A program made the translations under genes and the position numbers. From Candidatus Gastranaerophilales bacterium (GTDB lineage Bacteria > Cyanobacteriota > Vampirovibrionia > Gastranaerophilales > Gastranaerophilaceae): a stretch of DNA of 64,000 nucleotides. The stretch is taken from positions 33,387 through 97,386 of the forward strand of contig CALUWK010000002.1 of NCBI GenBank assembly GCA_944324475.1. Reading direction: 5' to 3'. A model generated the notes under the pieces. The model made no database searches. It was not told where the DNA came from and saw nothing but the letters and a program-made list of their open reading frames with translations. Shown in pieces: positions 8,905 through 17,862 of the stretch. Within the stretch, counting starts at the first letter, position 1. Every line of letters starts with the position of its first letter.

Positions 8905-10125
8905 ATGTTTTTTGAGGATGAAAAAGATATTATAGAAAATAGTGCTGATGTACAAATATCAGAAGATGGAACCATAACTTGGGAGGATGTTTTAAGTGAT
9001 GCCGATGAAAAAATTATATCGGTTAAAAATTCACCTAAAACTAAGAGTGAACCTCCCAAAGAAACTACCATTGATTTAGGAGATGAATTAGAACTTGTTT
9101 CAGATGTTGATGAAGATATAAACGAAGAGGACCTTGCTCAAATTTTAAATGAGACACCTTCTCCAAAGCAAAAAGCATTTGACAGCTTTGGAACAACAGA
9201 TGAACAAAACGAAACACAGGATATTGATTTCGACATAGATAGTCAATTAAAAAATGCCACAATGCAAGAAAACGGACAAATGCCGAATGAAGACGAGGAT
9301 ATTGTTCTTCCGAGAAAAAATGAACAAAAAAAATCTCCGAGTTTGATGATTTTCTTACTTGCAATACTTTTTGCAATAGTCGTTGTAGCCGGTGTTTATT
9401 ATATTCTTGAATACACAAAAGAAAACAATTTAAATCAAAATGAACTTCAAACACCTCAAAGTGTAAGCGAAGAAATGAATAAAATTACACCGGAAGAAAT
9501 AGCTAAAAGAAGTGAAGAGAGTGCAAACATCCCTGTTGTTAATGAAAATGAAGTCGGTGAAATAAAACCGGATGAAAAACCTGCAGTTGAAGAAAAAAAA
9601 GAAGTGATAGATATAAAACCTACAGGCAGAGCAAATCCCTTTATGCCTCTTCAAAAATATATTGCAGTTGAAATACCTGAAACAGTAATCGAATATGATA
9701 AAACCGGACTTCCAAAACCACCTGAAAGTTATGGTTTAAAGGATGAAAAAACAGTAAAAATGTTAGCTATTGCAGTTTCAGGCATAATGTATGATGAAAC
9801 AAATCCTTCAGCAATAATCACTTTTGACAATAATGACTACTTTGTTCAAAAAGGTGACAGATTAGATGATTATAGAGTTGTAGATATAGCCAGAAATTCG
9901 GTTACGATCGCACTTGGAAAAAATTTATATAGAGCTAATATAGGAGAAGAATTTAAAATATCATCATCATTCTACGGAAGTGCCGAATATTTATCTCCAA
10001 AACAAGGAGGAGGAAGACAATATCATGCGGTATCAAGTGAACAAGAAAATTTACAACAAAAAAGAAATGAAATTCCCACAAGCAGGTATGTTTCAGAAGA
10101 TGATGTAATAATAAATTCAAAGTAA
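8905..10125 (+). CDS. secretin-associated protein: acidic N-terminus, one TM helix, C-terminal PilP/GspC-HR-like domain
   Basis: TM segment LMIFLLAILFAIVVVAGVYYIL. The C-terminal block LAIAVSGIMYDETNPSAIITFDNNDYFVQKGDRLDDYRVVDIARNSVTI resembles the PilP/GspC homology region. The gene lies directly upstream of the secretin. Confidence 0.5.
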   Translation: MFFEDEKDIIENSADVQISEDGTITWEDVLSDADEKIISVKNSPKTKSEPPKETTIDLGDELELVSDVDEDINEEDLAQILNETPSPKQKAFDSFGTTDEQNETQDIDFDIDSQLKNATMQENGQMPNEDEDIVLPRKNEQKKSPSLMIFLLAILFAIVVVAGVYYILEYTKENNLNQNELQTPQSVSEEMNKITPEEIAKRSEESANIPVVNENEVGEIKPDEKPAVEEKKEVIDIKPTGRANPFMPLQKYIAVEIPETVIEYDKTGLPKPPESYGLKDEKTVKMLAIAVSGIMYDETNPSAIITFDNNDYFVQKGDRLDDYRVVDIARNSVTIALGKNLYRANIGEEFKISSSFYGSAEYLSPKQGGGRQYHAVSSEQENLQQKRNEIPTSRYVSEDDVIINSK

Positions 10126-10149
10126 TTTTACAATCTAGGAGAAATTAAA

Positions 10150-12042
10150 ATGCAAAGTTTCAAAGCAAGTAATATAAACAAATTTTGTTTAACTATTTTA
10201 AGTTTAACACTCTTATCACAGACTGTTTTGGGGTATGATAATAGTAAGGTATCTTACTTAGATAGTATTTCAAGTGAATACTTGTACAATAATCAGGTTT
10301 CAGAAAGCAGTAGCATATTAAACTTAAATTCTATAGATGCAAAAAGTGTTGAAACTACACTTAAATTAGATAACACTCCTATTATTACAAAATCGAATGC
10401 GAAAATTAATATATCACTCAGAGATTCTGATTTAAAACAAGCATTAAGGATGTTAGCAGACAAAGCAAAATTAAATATTGTTTTTGATAAATCCGTAGAA
10501 GGTAAAATTACTTTAGACTTAAATAACATAAATATAAATGATGCATTTATGGTTATTTTTAAATCATCACAATTAACATATACAATGGATGGAAACACAA
10601 TAACCGTAATGACATTGGAAGCAGCAGATGAGCTTGCATATACAAGAAAAAGTATGACTGTAATTCCGATAAAATACGTTAATGCAGAAAGCGTAGCAGA
10701 GTTTTTAAATTCTAATTTATTTAAATCTAAAATATTTGGACTATCAAGCCAACCGATTGTAACATCTAATCCAAGAACAAACCAAATCGTTGTCTTTGGA
10801 AGTAATGCAGATGTAACAGCAGTAAAAAGAGTCTTACCTGTACTAGATACAAAACCTATGGTTAATAATTTTAAAGTTAACCATACTACACCAAAAGAAA
10901 TGGCAACATTGATATGCAATTCTTTATTCTACAACAAAAATTCAACCAGCTCACCTGGGTCGTCTGCTTCAACTGATTCAGAAGAAGTTATTTTGGGTGG
11001 TGGAACAGTTGCCTGCAGAGATGAATCAACAGACACAAAGAGTGAGGAAGAAGGATTAGCAGCATTTAAAAGTAGTCCTCTAACAATTACGTATTTTCCA
11101 GAGCTCGGTAGAATTTCAGCCTTTGGAGGATCAGTTGAACAAATAGAAATTATAAAAGAATTTATAAAAGAACATGACAAAAAACAGTTGATGGCCTATG
11201 TTGAGCTTTCAGTAATTGAACTTAATGAAACCGGCTCAAAAGAATTTTCAAATACTTGGAACTTATGGACGCCGTTTATTTCACTTAATTTCACCCCATC
11301 TGATGGTTTAACTACAAGTTCGGTTTCTCCATTCTTTATATGGGGGGATACTTATCCAACAAAAACTACAACCGAAGTTACTGATAAAGATGGCAATACA
11401 ACAAAAACAGAAGCTGTATCATACGTAACCAAGTCAAATAATTCAGCACTAACCTATCAATTAAAATATTTAGTTGAAAACGGCAACGGAAGAGTTCTTA
11501 CAAATCCAAAAATTATGGTTACAAATGGCAAAAAAGCAACAATAGATATGACTTCTGACTACGTAAAATCTGTTACAAGCCAAATTTTGCAAGGTTCAGA
11601 CACGGTTACAAGTGCTACTCAAAGAACATATGATATTGGTTCAGATGAAGGTTTGTTAATTGAAATTGTACCTTTTATATCACCTGACGGATATGTCTCT
11701 ATGAATATATCACCAGAATTTGCAACAATAAAAAGTCAAGTTTTCTCAACAAGTGAAACAGGACAGCAAGAGCTTGCCGCAACATTGCTGCAAAGACGGG
11801 ATTTAGAACTAAAAAATATTAGAATTAAAGATGGTGAAACACTTGTTTTAGCTGGTTTAATCAAGGAAAACGAAACCCAGACAGTTAAAAAAATGCCTAT
11901 ACTATCTGACTTACCGTTTATAGGTGCATTCTTTAGAGCTAATTCAACAACTAAAACCAGAGAAGAACTTGTTATAATGGTAACTCCGCACATTGTTAAA
12001 GATGGGCAAGATTTTTCAGATGAAAAAATATACGATTTATAA
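10150..12042 (+). CDS. type IV pilus / type II secretion secretin (PilQ/GspD family)
   Basis: N-terminal signal peptide and an STN/secretin-N-like module (LKQALRMLADKAKLNIVFD). C-terminal secretin domain (GETLVLAGLIKE...KKMPILSDLPFIGAFFR...REELVIMVTPHIV). Confidence 0.9.
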   Translation: MQSFKASNINKFCLTILSLTLLSQTVLGYDNSKVSYLDSISSEYLYNNQVSESSSILNLNSIDAKSVETTLKLDNTPIITKSNAKINISLRDSDLKQALRMLADKAKLNIVFDKSVEGKITLDLNNININDAFMVIFKSSQLTYTMDGNTITVMTLEAADELAYTRKSMTVIPIKYVNAESVAEFLNSNLFKSKIFGLSSQPIVTSNPRTNQIVVFGSNADVTAVKRVLPVLDTKPMVNNFKVNHTTPKEMATLICNSLFYNKNSTSSPGSSASTDSEEVILGGGTVACRDESTDTKSEEEGLAAFKSSPLTITYFPELGRISAFGGSVEQIEIIKEFIKEHDKKQLMAYVELSVIELNETGSKEFSNTWNLWTPFISLNFTPSDGLTTSSVSPFFIWGDTYPTKTTTEVTDKDGNTTKTEAVSYVTKSNNSALTYQLKYLVENGNGRVLTNPKIMVTNGKKATIDMTSDYVKSVTSQILQGSDTVTSATQRTYDIGSDEGLLIEIVPFISPDGYVSMNISPEFATIKSQVFSTSETGQQELAATLLQRRDLELKNIRIKDGETLVLAGLIKENETQTVKKMPILSDLPFIGAFFRANSTTKTREELVIMVTPHIVKDGQDFSDEKIYDL

Positions 12043-12053
12043 GAAAAGAAAAA

Positions 12054-14360
12054 ATGGATAATAATATAATTACAAAATTAATCAGCAAGATAAACTTTGA
12101 CCTTGCAGACAAATTTGAATTATCAGTAGCGGAAGAATTGTCTTTCGTCCCTGTTAATATGCAAAACGATGTTTTTTTTATAGCAATATATTCAAATTCA
12201 AACAAAGATAAAATTCTGCAATACGTAAATAAGATTATAAAAAATAAAATTGAATTTATATATTTAACCCAAGACAATTTTGAACAGCTATTTGATGCTT
12301 TTTTAAAACAATTTTCGGCAAAATATGGTGTTTCAATTAAAAATCCTATAAAACATCAGGATGATTCACTTGAATTTGATCCTGAAGACTTTGAAGATAT
12401 AAATGATGGCGATGACGAACTTACCATAGATGATTCAGAAGATGACTTAATCATTGACGAAGATAGTGATGAAGATTTAAATAATTCCGAAACAAAAGAT
12501 GAAGACCTATATTTCGATGATTCAGACGAAATTGAAGAAATTGACGAAAATAACAACTTGCCACAAAAAAAATTAAATATTGACGACGGTGACGGAATTG
12601 CAAAAGCAGACATAACAAAAGTTAAAGCTCCTCAAACCAAAAAATTAGGTGAAATTCTACTTGAAGAAAATCTTATAACAAAAGAGCAGCTTGAGATTGC
12701 TCTAGCGGAAGGTAAGGCACAAGGAATACCACTTGGGTCAGTGCTTGTAAAAATGGGCTTTGTTACCATAAAAGACTTAAAAGAAGCGCTTGGCGCTCAA
12801 ATGGGTCTAAAATATGCAACAGCAGAACAACTAAAAGCTTTACCTACAGCGATATCCATATTACCCGAAGATTTTGTTAAAATAAACAAAGTAATTCCTT
12901 TGAGTATGACAGATAAATCCCTTGTCGTTGGTATGGTAAACCCAAATGATACAAAAGTTATAAATGAAATAGTTTATCAAACAGGCTTAAAACCAACTGT
13001 CATGCTTGTTACACATGTTGAATTTGAAAACTTTATAAACACATACTATAATGTCGATAAATCAGATGCCGATGAACTGTTACAACAAATCAACGAAGAC
13101 GACAAAATTGAATCAAATTCATCTGGTCTTTGGGAACAAGTTGAACAAGAAATACAAGATTCAGACAGTGCAGTATCACAACTTGCAAATAAAATTATAA
13201 CAATGGCAATAGACAGACGTGCATCAGATATCCATATAGAACCGTTGACTGTTGGATATAGGGTGCGTTTAAGAGTTGACGGCTCCTTACAAGAAGCCCT
13301 CAAAATTCCTGCAAAAGTTGATAGTGCAATTATTTCAAGGTTTAAAGTACTATCCAGAATGAATATTGCAGAACACAGACGTGCACAAGATGGCTCCTTC
13401 ACGCTCAAATACAAAAATAAAGCGCAAGATTTTCGTGTGAACACTCTGCCTGTGGCCGGAAAAGAAAAAATGGTAATTCGTGTTCTTGCCCCACAAATGG
13501 ATTCAAAAGAAGCTAAAGCGGATAAAATTGAAATTGTAGGTGCATCAGAAGACGACATAAAAAAAATCAGATATTTGGTATCCTCTCCAAATGGAATTGT
13601 TCTAACATCTGGCCCAACAGGATCAGGTAAAACGACAACCCTATATGCACTTTTAAGATACATGAATTCAGACTCCGTAAACATAACAACCATTGAAGAT
13701 CCTGTTGAAATTAAGCTTGAAGGTATAAACCAATCTTCCATAAATACAAAGGCAGGAATTACGTTTGCAAACTCTTTACGTGCAATTTTAAGACAAGACC
13801 CCGATACAATATTAATAGGTGAAATTCGTGACTATGAAACACTTGAAGTAGCCATATCAGCGTCATTAACTGGTCACCTTGTACTTTCAACCGTACACAC
13901 AAATTCAGCCGCTGCAACAATTACAAGATTAATTGAAATGGGAGCAAAAGACTACCTCATTTCATCAACAATATCGGGAATTATTGCACAAAGATTGGTA
14001 AAAAAACTTTGTCCAAATTGCAAAGAAGAATATTATCCAAGCTATGAAGAAGCAAAACAAATTTTAACCGACCCTATCGAAATACAAAAATTAACTCAAA
14101 CAAAAATTTATAAACCACATGGATGTCCAAATTGCAAAAATTCGGGCTATCTTGGCAGACTTGCAGTTATGGAAATTTTAGTGGTAAACAATGAAATAAG
14201 AAAAATGATAGCTCAACGTGCGCATGACGTTGAAATTGAGGATTATGCAATAAAACAAGGTATGAAAACTCTTAAAATGTCTTGTTTAAGACATATTCTA
14301 GAAGGTAGTACTTCAATAGCAGAACAGGTAAGAATCCTTGGATTGGCAGGCGAACAATAA
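12054..14360 (+). CDS. type IV pilus assembly / T2SS ATPase (PilB/GspE family) with a long acidic insert
   Basis: Walker A GPTGSGKTT, Walker B/Asp box DPDTILIGEIRD, His box GHLVLSTVHTN, and tetracysteine CPNC...CPNC. There are two N-terminal GspE-N-like modules separated by a D/E-rich stretch of roughly 70 aa. Confidence 0.9.
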   Translation: MDNNIITKLISKINFDLADKFELSVAEELSFVPVNMQNDVFFIAIYSNSNKDKILQYVNKIIKNKIEFIYLTQDNFEQLFDAFLKQFSAKYGVSIKNPIKHQDDSLEFDPEDFEDINDGDDELTIDDSEDDLIIDEDSDEDLNNSETKDEDLYFDDSDEIEEIDENNNLPQKKLNIDDGDGIAKADITKVKAPQTKKLGEILLEENLITKEQLEIALAEGKAQGIPLGSVLVKMGFVTIKDLKEALGAQMGLKYATAEQLKALPTAISILPEDFVKINKVIPLSMTDKSLVVGMVNPNDTKVINEIVYQTGLKPTVMLVTHVEFENFINTYYNVDKSDADELLQQINEDDKIESNSSGLWEQVEQEIQDSDSAVSQLANKIITMAIDRRASDIHIEPLTVGYRVRLRVDGSLQEALKIPAKVDSAIISRFKVLSRMNIAEHRRAQDGSFTLKYKNKAQDFRVNTLPVAGKEKMVIRVLAPQMDSKEAKADKIEIVGASEDDIKKIRYLVSSPNGIVLTSGPTGSGKTTTLYALLRYMNSDSVNITTIEDPVEIKLEGINQSSINTKAGITFANSLRAILRQDPDTILIGEIRDYETLEVAISASLTGHLVLSTVHTNSAAATITRLIEMGAKDYLISSTISGIIAQRLVKKLCPNCKEEYYPSYEEAKQILTDPIEIQKLTQTKIYKPHGCPNCKNSGYLGRLAVMEILVVNNEIRKMIAQRAHDVEIEDYAIKQGMKTLKMSCLRHILEGSTSIAEQVRILGLAGEQ

Positions 14361-15571
14361 TGGCAGTCTTTTTATATACAGCGATAAAAAACAATAAAAC
14401 CATTGTTTCCGGACGAGTCGAAGCTCTAGATGTTGCAGATGCACGCAGAAAAGTTCGCCAAATGAGCCTTATTCCTACATCTTTTACTGATGCAGAAACT
14501 ACTGAACAAAAAAAAGCAAAGGGCAAAGTTGCAAAAATAAGCGCTCTTAGTTTAAAAGAAAAAATTGATTTTACGTCTACACTTGAAATTTTAACTTCAA
14601 CAGGTATTCCAATAATTGAAGCACTTTTATTTATTGAACAAAATTCAGATTCTCAAAGAATAAGAAAAATAACACATGAATTCAGAAAACAAATAATAGG
14701 AGGTTCAACACTCGGTGAAACTCTTGAAAAATATAGAAATATATTTGGGCGAGTGTACATAGGACTTGTAAAAGCAGGAGAAGACTCAGGTGAGCTCGAC
14801 AAAACATTAGTTCGAATGTTGGAATTGCTAAAAAAACAAGATTCGGTAAAAGGAAAAGTTATCGGAGCACTAATTTATCCTGCTATTGTAGTATTACTTG
14901 CTATTGTTGCAGTAATTATAATGCTTGTGTTTGTATTCCCAGCTTTCGATGAAATGTTTAATAACCTCGGAAAACCTCTTCCTTGGATTACAAAAGCCTG
15001 TATGAACATGGGCGTATTTATGAAAAAATACTGGTTTGTATTTGTTATCGGTACTGTAGGTTTATTTATAGGATTAAATCAAGCATATCAAAATCCAACA
15101 ATAAGAAAAATGATTGACAAGTTTGTGTTACATCTACCAATGATGTCAGAATTAATGAAGTTTTCAAATTTTTCAAATTTTATTGCAGTATTACAAGTTT
15201 CATATGAAGCAGGTATTCCGATTGTTGACTGCTTATTTTTAGCAAATCTTACAATGGATAATTTTGTATTGAAAACAGCTATAATGCAAGTAGCATCAAA
15301 AGTTCAACAAGGTACACACTTATCTGTAGCCCTAAAAAGTGTAAATGAAGTTCCAACCATGATGACTTTTATGATTGCAACAGGCGAACAGTCAGGTAGA
15401 TTAGGTGATTCTTTGTACCATTGTGTAAGTTTTATTGATAAAAAGCTAGATGCAGTTATCGATGCTTTTACAAAACTAATTGAACCTCTGCTTATGGTAT
15501 TTATTGGTGTATTGGTCGGTTTCTTAGGATTAGCATTATATTTGCCCTTATTTCAAGCATATCAACAATAA
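14360..15571 (+). CDS. type IV pilus / T2SS platform protein (PilC/GspF family)
   Basis: Duplicated GspF domain with GEDSGELDKTL and GEQSGRLGDSL motifs and three TM regions. The start overlaps the ATPase stop. Confidence 0.9.
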   Translation: MAVFLYTAIKNNKTIVSGRVEALDVADARRKVRQMSLIPTSFTDAETTEQKKAKGKVAKISALSLKEKIDFTSTLEILTSTGIPIIEALLFIEQNSDSQRIRKITHEFRKQIIGGSTLGETLEKYRNIFGRVYIGLVKAGEDSGELDKTLVRMLELLKKQDSVKGKVIGALIYPAIVVLLAIVAVIIMLVFVFPAFDEMFNNLGKPLPWITKACMNMGVFMKKYWFVFVIGTVGLFIGLNQAYQNPTIRKMIDKFVLHLPMMSELMKFSNFSNFIAVLQVSYEAGIPIVDCLFLANLTMDNFVLKTAIMQVASKVQQGTHLSVALKSVNEVPTMMTFMIATGEQSGRLGDSLYHCVSFIDKKLDAVIDAFTKLIEPLLMVFIGVLVGFLGLALYLPLFQAYQQ

Positions 15572-15673
15572 AACAAAATTATATAAAAGATTTTATCGAT
15601 TCTTTTTATATAAATCAAACGTGATTTAATAAATTGAAATATATTAGATGAAAATAAATACATTCAATATCAT

Positions 15674-15707
15674 TAGAGGTGACGCACTATTGAATGCGTC
15701 ACCTCTA
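15674..15707. terminator. strong hairpin between convergent genes (probable bidirectional terminator)
   Basis: 13-bp perfect stem TAGAGGTGACGCA / TGCGTCACCTCTA with an 8-nt loop, between the pilC-like stop (15571) and the tpsB stop (15727). Confidence 0.65.
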
Positions 15708-15726
15708 ACATCGTAATAAATCATTA

Positions 15727-17505
15727 TTATAAAATATTGGATGTAATCATAAAGTGAACTCTGAAGCTTGATGCATCATCAGGTTTATTAACAATAGGAA
15801 CACCAAAATAAACATTTCCTGACAAATATCTTGTCATCTTCAAGACAAGACCGCCACCAACGCTCATTACAAAACTTGAACTCGGCATTCCATAACCATA
15901 ATCTCCAAACCAACCTAAATCGCAAAAAGCAGCAAGTCTTATAGAATCGTCAATAAATCTAAGCTTCTCTGGCAAATGATTTAAGAAAGGAACAGGCGCT
16001 CTTAATTCTGCAGAAGCAGTTACACCATAGTCTCTTAAGAAATAACCTTCCTCAAAACCTCTAACAGAAGAAATACCACCAATTTGCATTTTGTCTGAGT
16101 ACCAAACATTTCTATTTACCCACTGACCATTAGCAGTAAATATACCCATCATTCTCCATGGTAACACTTGCAATCTTGCAACAGAAGCCTGTATTTTTAC
16201 CATTTTATTTGTTGGGGTTTCTCTTGAATATACACCGTAAGAATCATTGGATGCACCAAAAATGTCTATACCTTTTGCTATACCGATGTTGCCAAACCAT
16301 TTACCATAAAAATCATCTTTAACATTTGTTAAATTAAGTTTTATTGCCCTTGTTCTATATCCATATAAATCATAACCTAACAAAGTAGTGTTGGTATTTC
16401 TCATGTCAAAGGCAATATCGCCATATAACTTATAATTTTCTGTCTTAACCAATCTACGTGACAAATCAACATAGAAACTGTGTGATTTACCTTTTACATC
16501 AAGATCTTTTAAAATACCTTTATCTAATTTTGTACCTGAATAAGAATAACCAAGATTCAACTTAGTTTCGTGTCTTCCAATAGGAACAGAATAAAAAACA
16601 CCTTGCCCGATAGAACTCCTTGCCAAAGAGGTTGTAGATAAAATTTGATCACCAAAACCAGTTAAATTGCTCATACCAGCAAATATAACAAAACGATTTA
16701 AACCAACCGAAGATCTACCTTGGTTATCAAAACGAAAATCAAAATCAATAGGAAACCTATCTTTTACATTCAATGTTAAATCAGTGTATTGTTCTGAATC
16801 TTCATTATCCTGAAGCGCAACCGCACCTTTTATATAATCAGTAGCGTTTAATTCACGCAAAGACTCTTGAATATCTGCAACATTTAAAACTTTATCCTCT
16901 TGAATATTTTTATCTTTCAAAAAAGTAGCACTCAAATATTTTTTTCTTGCCCACTTATTGCCTTCAATAGTAATATTTCCATATTTGCCTTCTAGAACAA
17001 CTATTTCAACATTACCATCCTCAACTTTTTGAGGAGGCAAATAAGCAGTTGTTGAAATATAACCATTCTTTTGATAATATTCGGTAATCGCATTTGCCAT
17101 ACCTATAAGATCATTAATTGTAACAACATCGCCTATTTTCTGACACACAAGATTCATTAGCTGTTCTTCCGTGTATTCAGTGTTTCCGGTTATATGAATG
17201 GAATTAAGAGTAAAGCTTACTTCCTTATTCGGAAGATCCTGCATTTTATCCTTCATTTCCTTATTCATTTCAATTTTTTCTTCGTAGTGTTCTTCTTCTC
17301 TGTCATCTCTGACCCTTTGTTCATAATCTTTTATTTGACGTAAATTTGTCTGATCAATAACACCTGCATCAAAATTTCCAATACCATTTGGAATAAGATT
17401 TGAGCCAGCTTCCGGACCGGCAATTACATTTGGGGAAGAAATAAATAATACACTAAACAATACAAGTAATTTAACTTTTAAACTATAATCTACTTTCTTA
17501 AGCAC
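15727..17505 (-). CDS. two-partner secretion outer-membrane transporter (TpsB; ShlB/FhaC/HecB family)
   Basis: Signal peptide, POTRA-like region (FTLNSIHITGNTEYTEEQL...; VEIVVLEGKYGNITIEGN), and a C-terminal Omp85-type beta-barrel ending in an aromatic-rich strand. GTG start. Divergent from a TpsA gene. Confidence 0.85.
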   Translation of the reverse strand: MLKKVDYSLKVKLLVLFSVLFISSPNVIAGPEAGSNLIPNGIGNFDAGVIDQTNLRQIKDYEQRVRDDREEEHYEEKIEMNKEMKDKMQDLPNKEVSFTLNSIHITGNTEYTEEQLMNLVCQKIGDVVTINDLIGMANAITEYYQKNGYISTTAYLPPQKVEDGNVEIVVLEGKYGNITIEGNKWARKKYLSATFLKDKNIQEDKVLNVADIQESLRELNATDYIKGAVALQDNEDSEQYTDLTLNVKDRFPIDFDFRFDNQGRSSVGLNRFVIFAGMSNLTGFGDQILSTTSLARSSIGQGVFYSVPIGRHETKLNLGYSYSGTKLDKGILKDLDVKGKSHSFYVDLSRRLVKTENYKLYGDIAFDMRNTNTTLLGYDLYGYRTRAIKLNLTNVKDDFYGKWFGNIGIAKGIDIFGASNDSYGVYSRETPTNKMVKIQASVARLQVLPWRMMGIFTANGQWVNRNVWYSDKMQIGGISSVRGFEEGYFLRDYGVTASAELRAPVPFLNHLPEKLRFIDDSIRLAAFCDLGWFGDYGYGMPSSSFVMSVGGGLVLKMTRYLSGNVYFGVPIVNKPDDASSFRVHFMITSNIL

Positions 17506-17862
17506 TTTTCTTAAATTCCTTTTCGCTTAAACTACGGAACATGCACAATAATTACTAAACGTGCAATAATATCATAAGGCAAATCAAAATACATAACAAT
17601 AAATTATATTGATGATTTTTATCTTACTATAAAAAAATAATTATATTTAAAATTTGCTATTTTGTTAATTTTTATTAATTTAATATATACTAAAGTATAT
17701 ATTTATTATATAATTTCTTGATTTATTTAATTTTTTTTGTTAGTATGGAAAGCAACAAAAAATTGTAAATTTTTGTAAAAGTGAGTATTGTATTTGAAAA
17801 ATTTTTGTTTCCATGTGGTTTTTATAACTATATAGGCATATGGATACAAAGAAGATTGTTTT

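Noticed and set aside
13046-13741. 231-aa antisense ORF inside the PilB/GspE gene. Similar shadow ORFs occur at 292-546, 4135-4707, 10293-10919, 22574-23119, 49333-49800 and 61444-61989.
   Set aside because: All lie opposite ORFs with strong homology signatures, and all have serine/leucine/phenylalanine-rich low-complexity translations. None has an independent start context.
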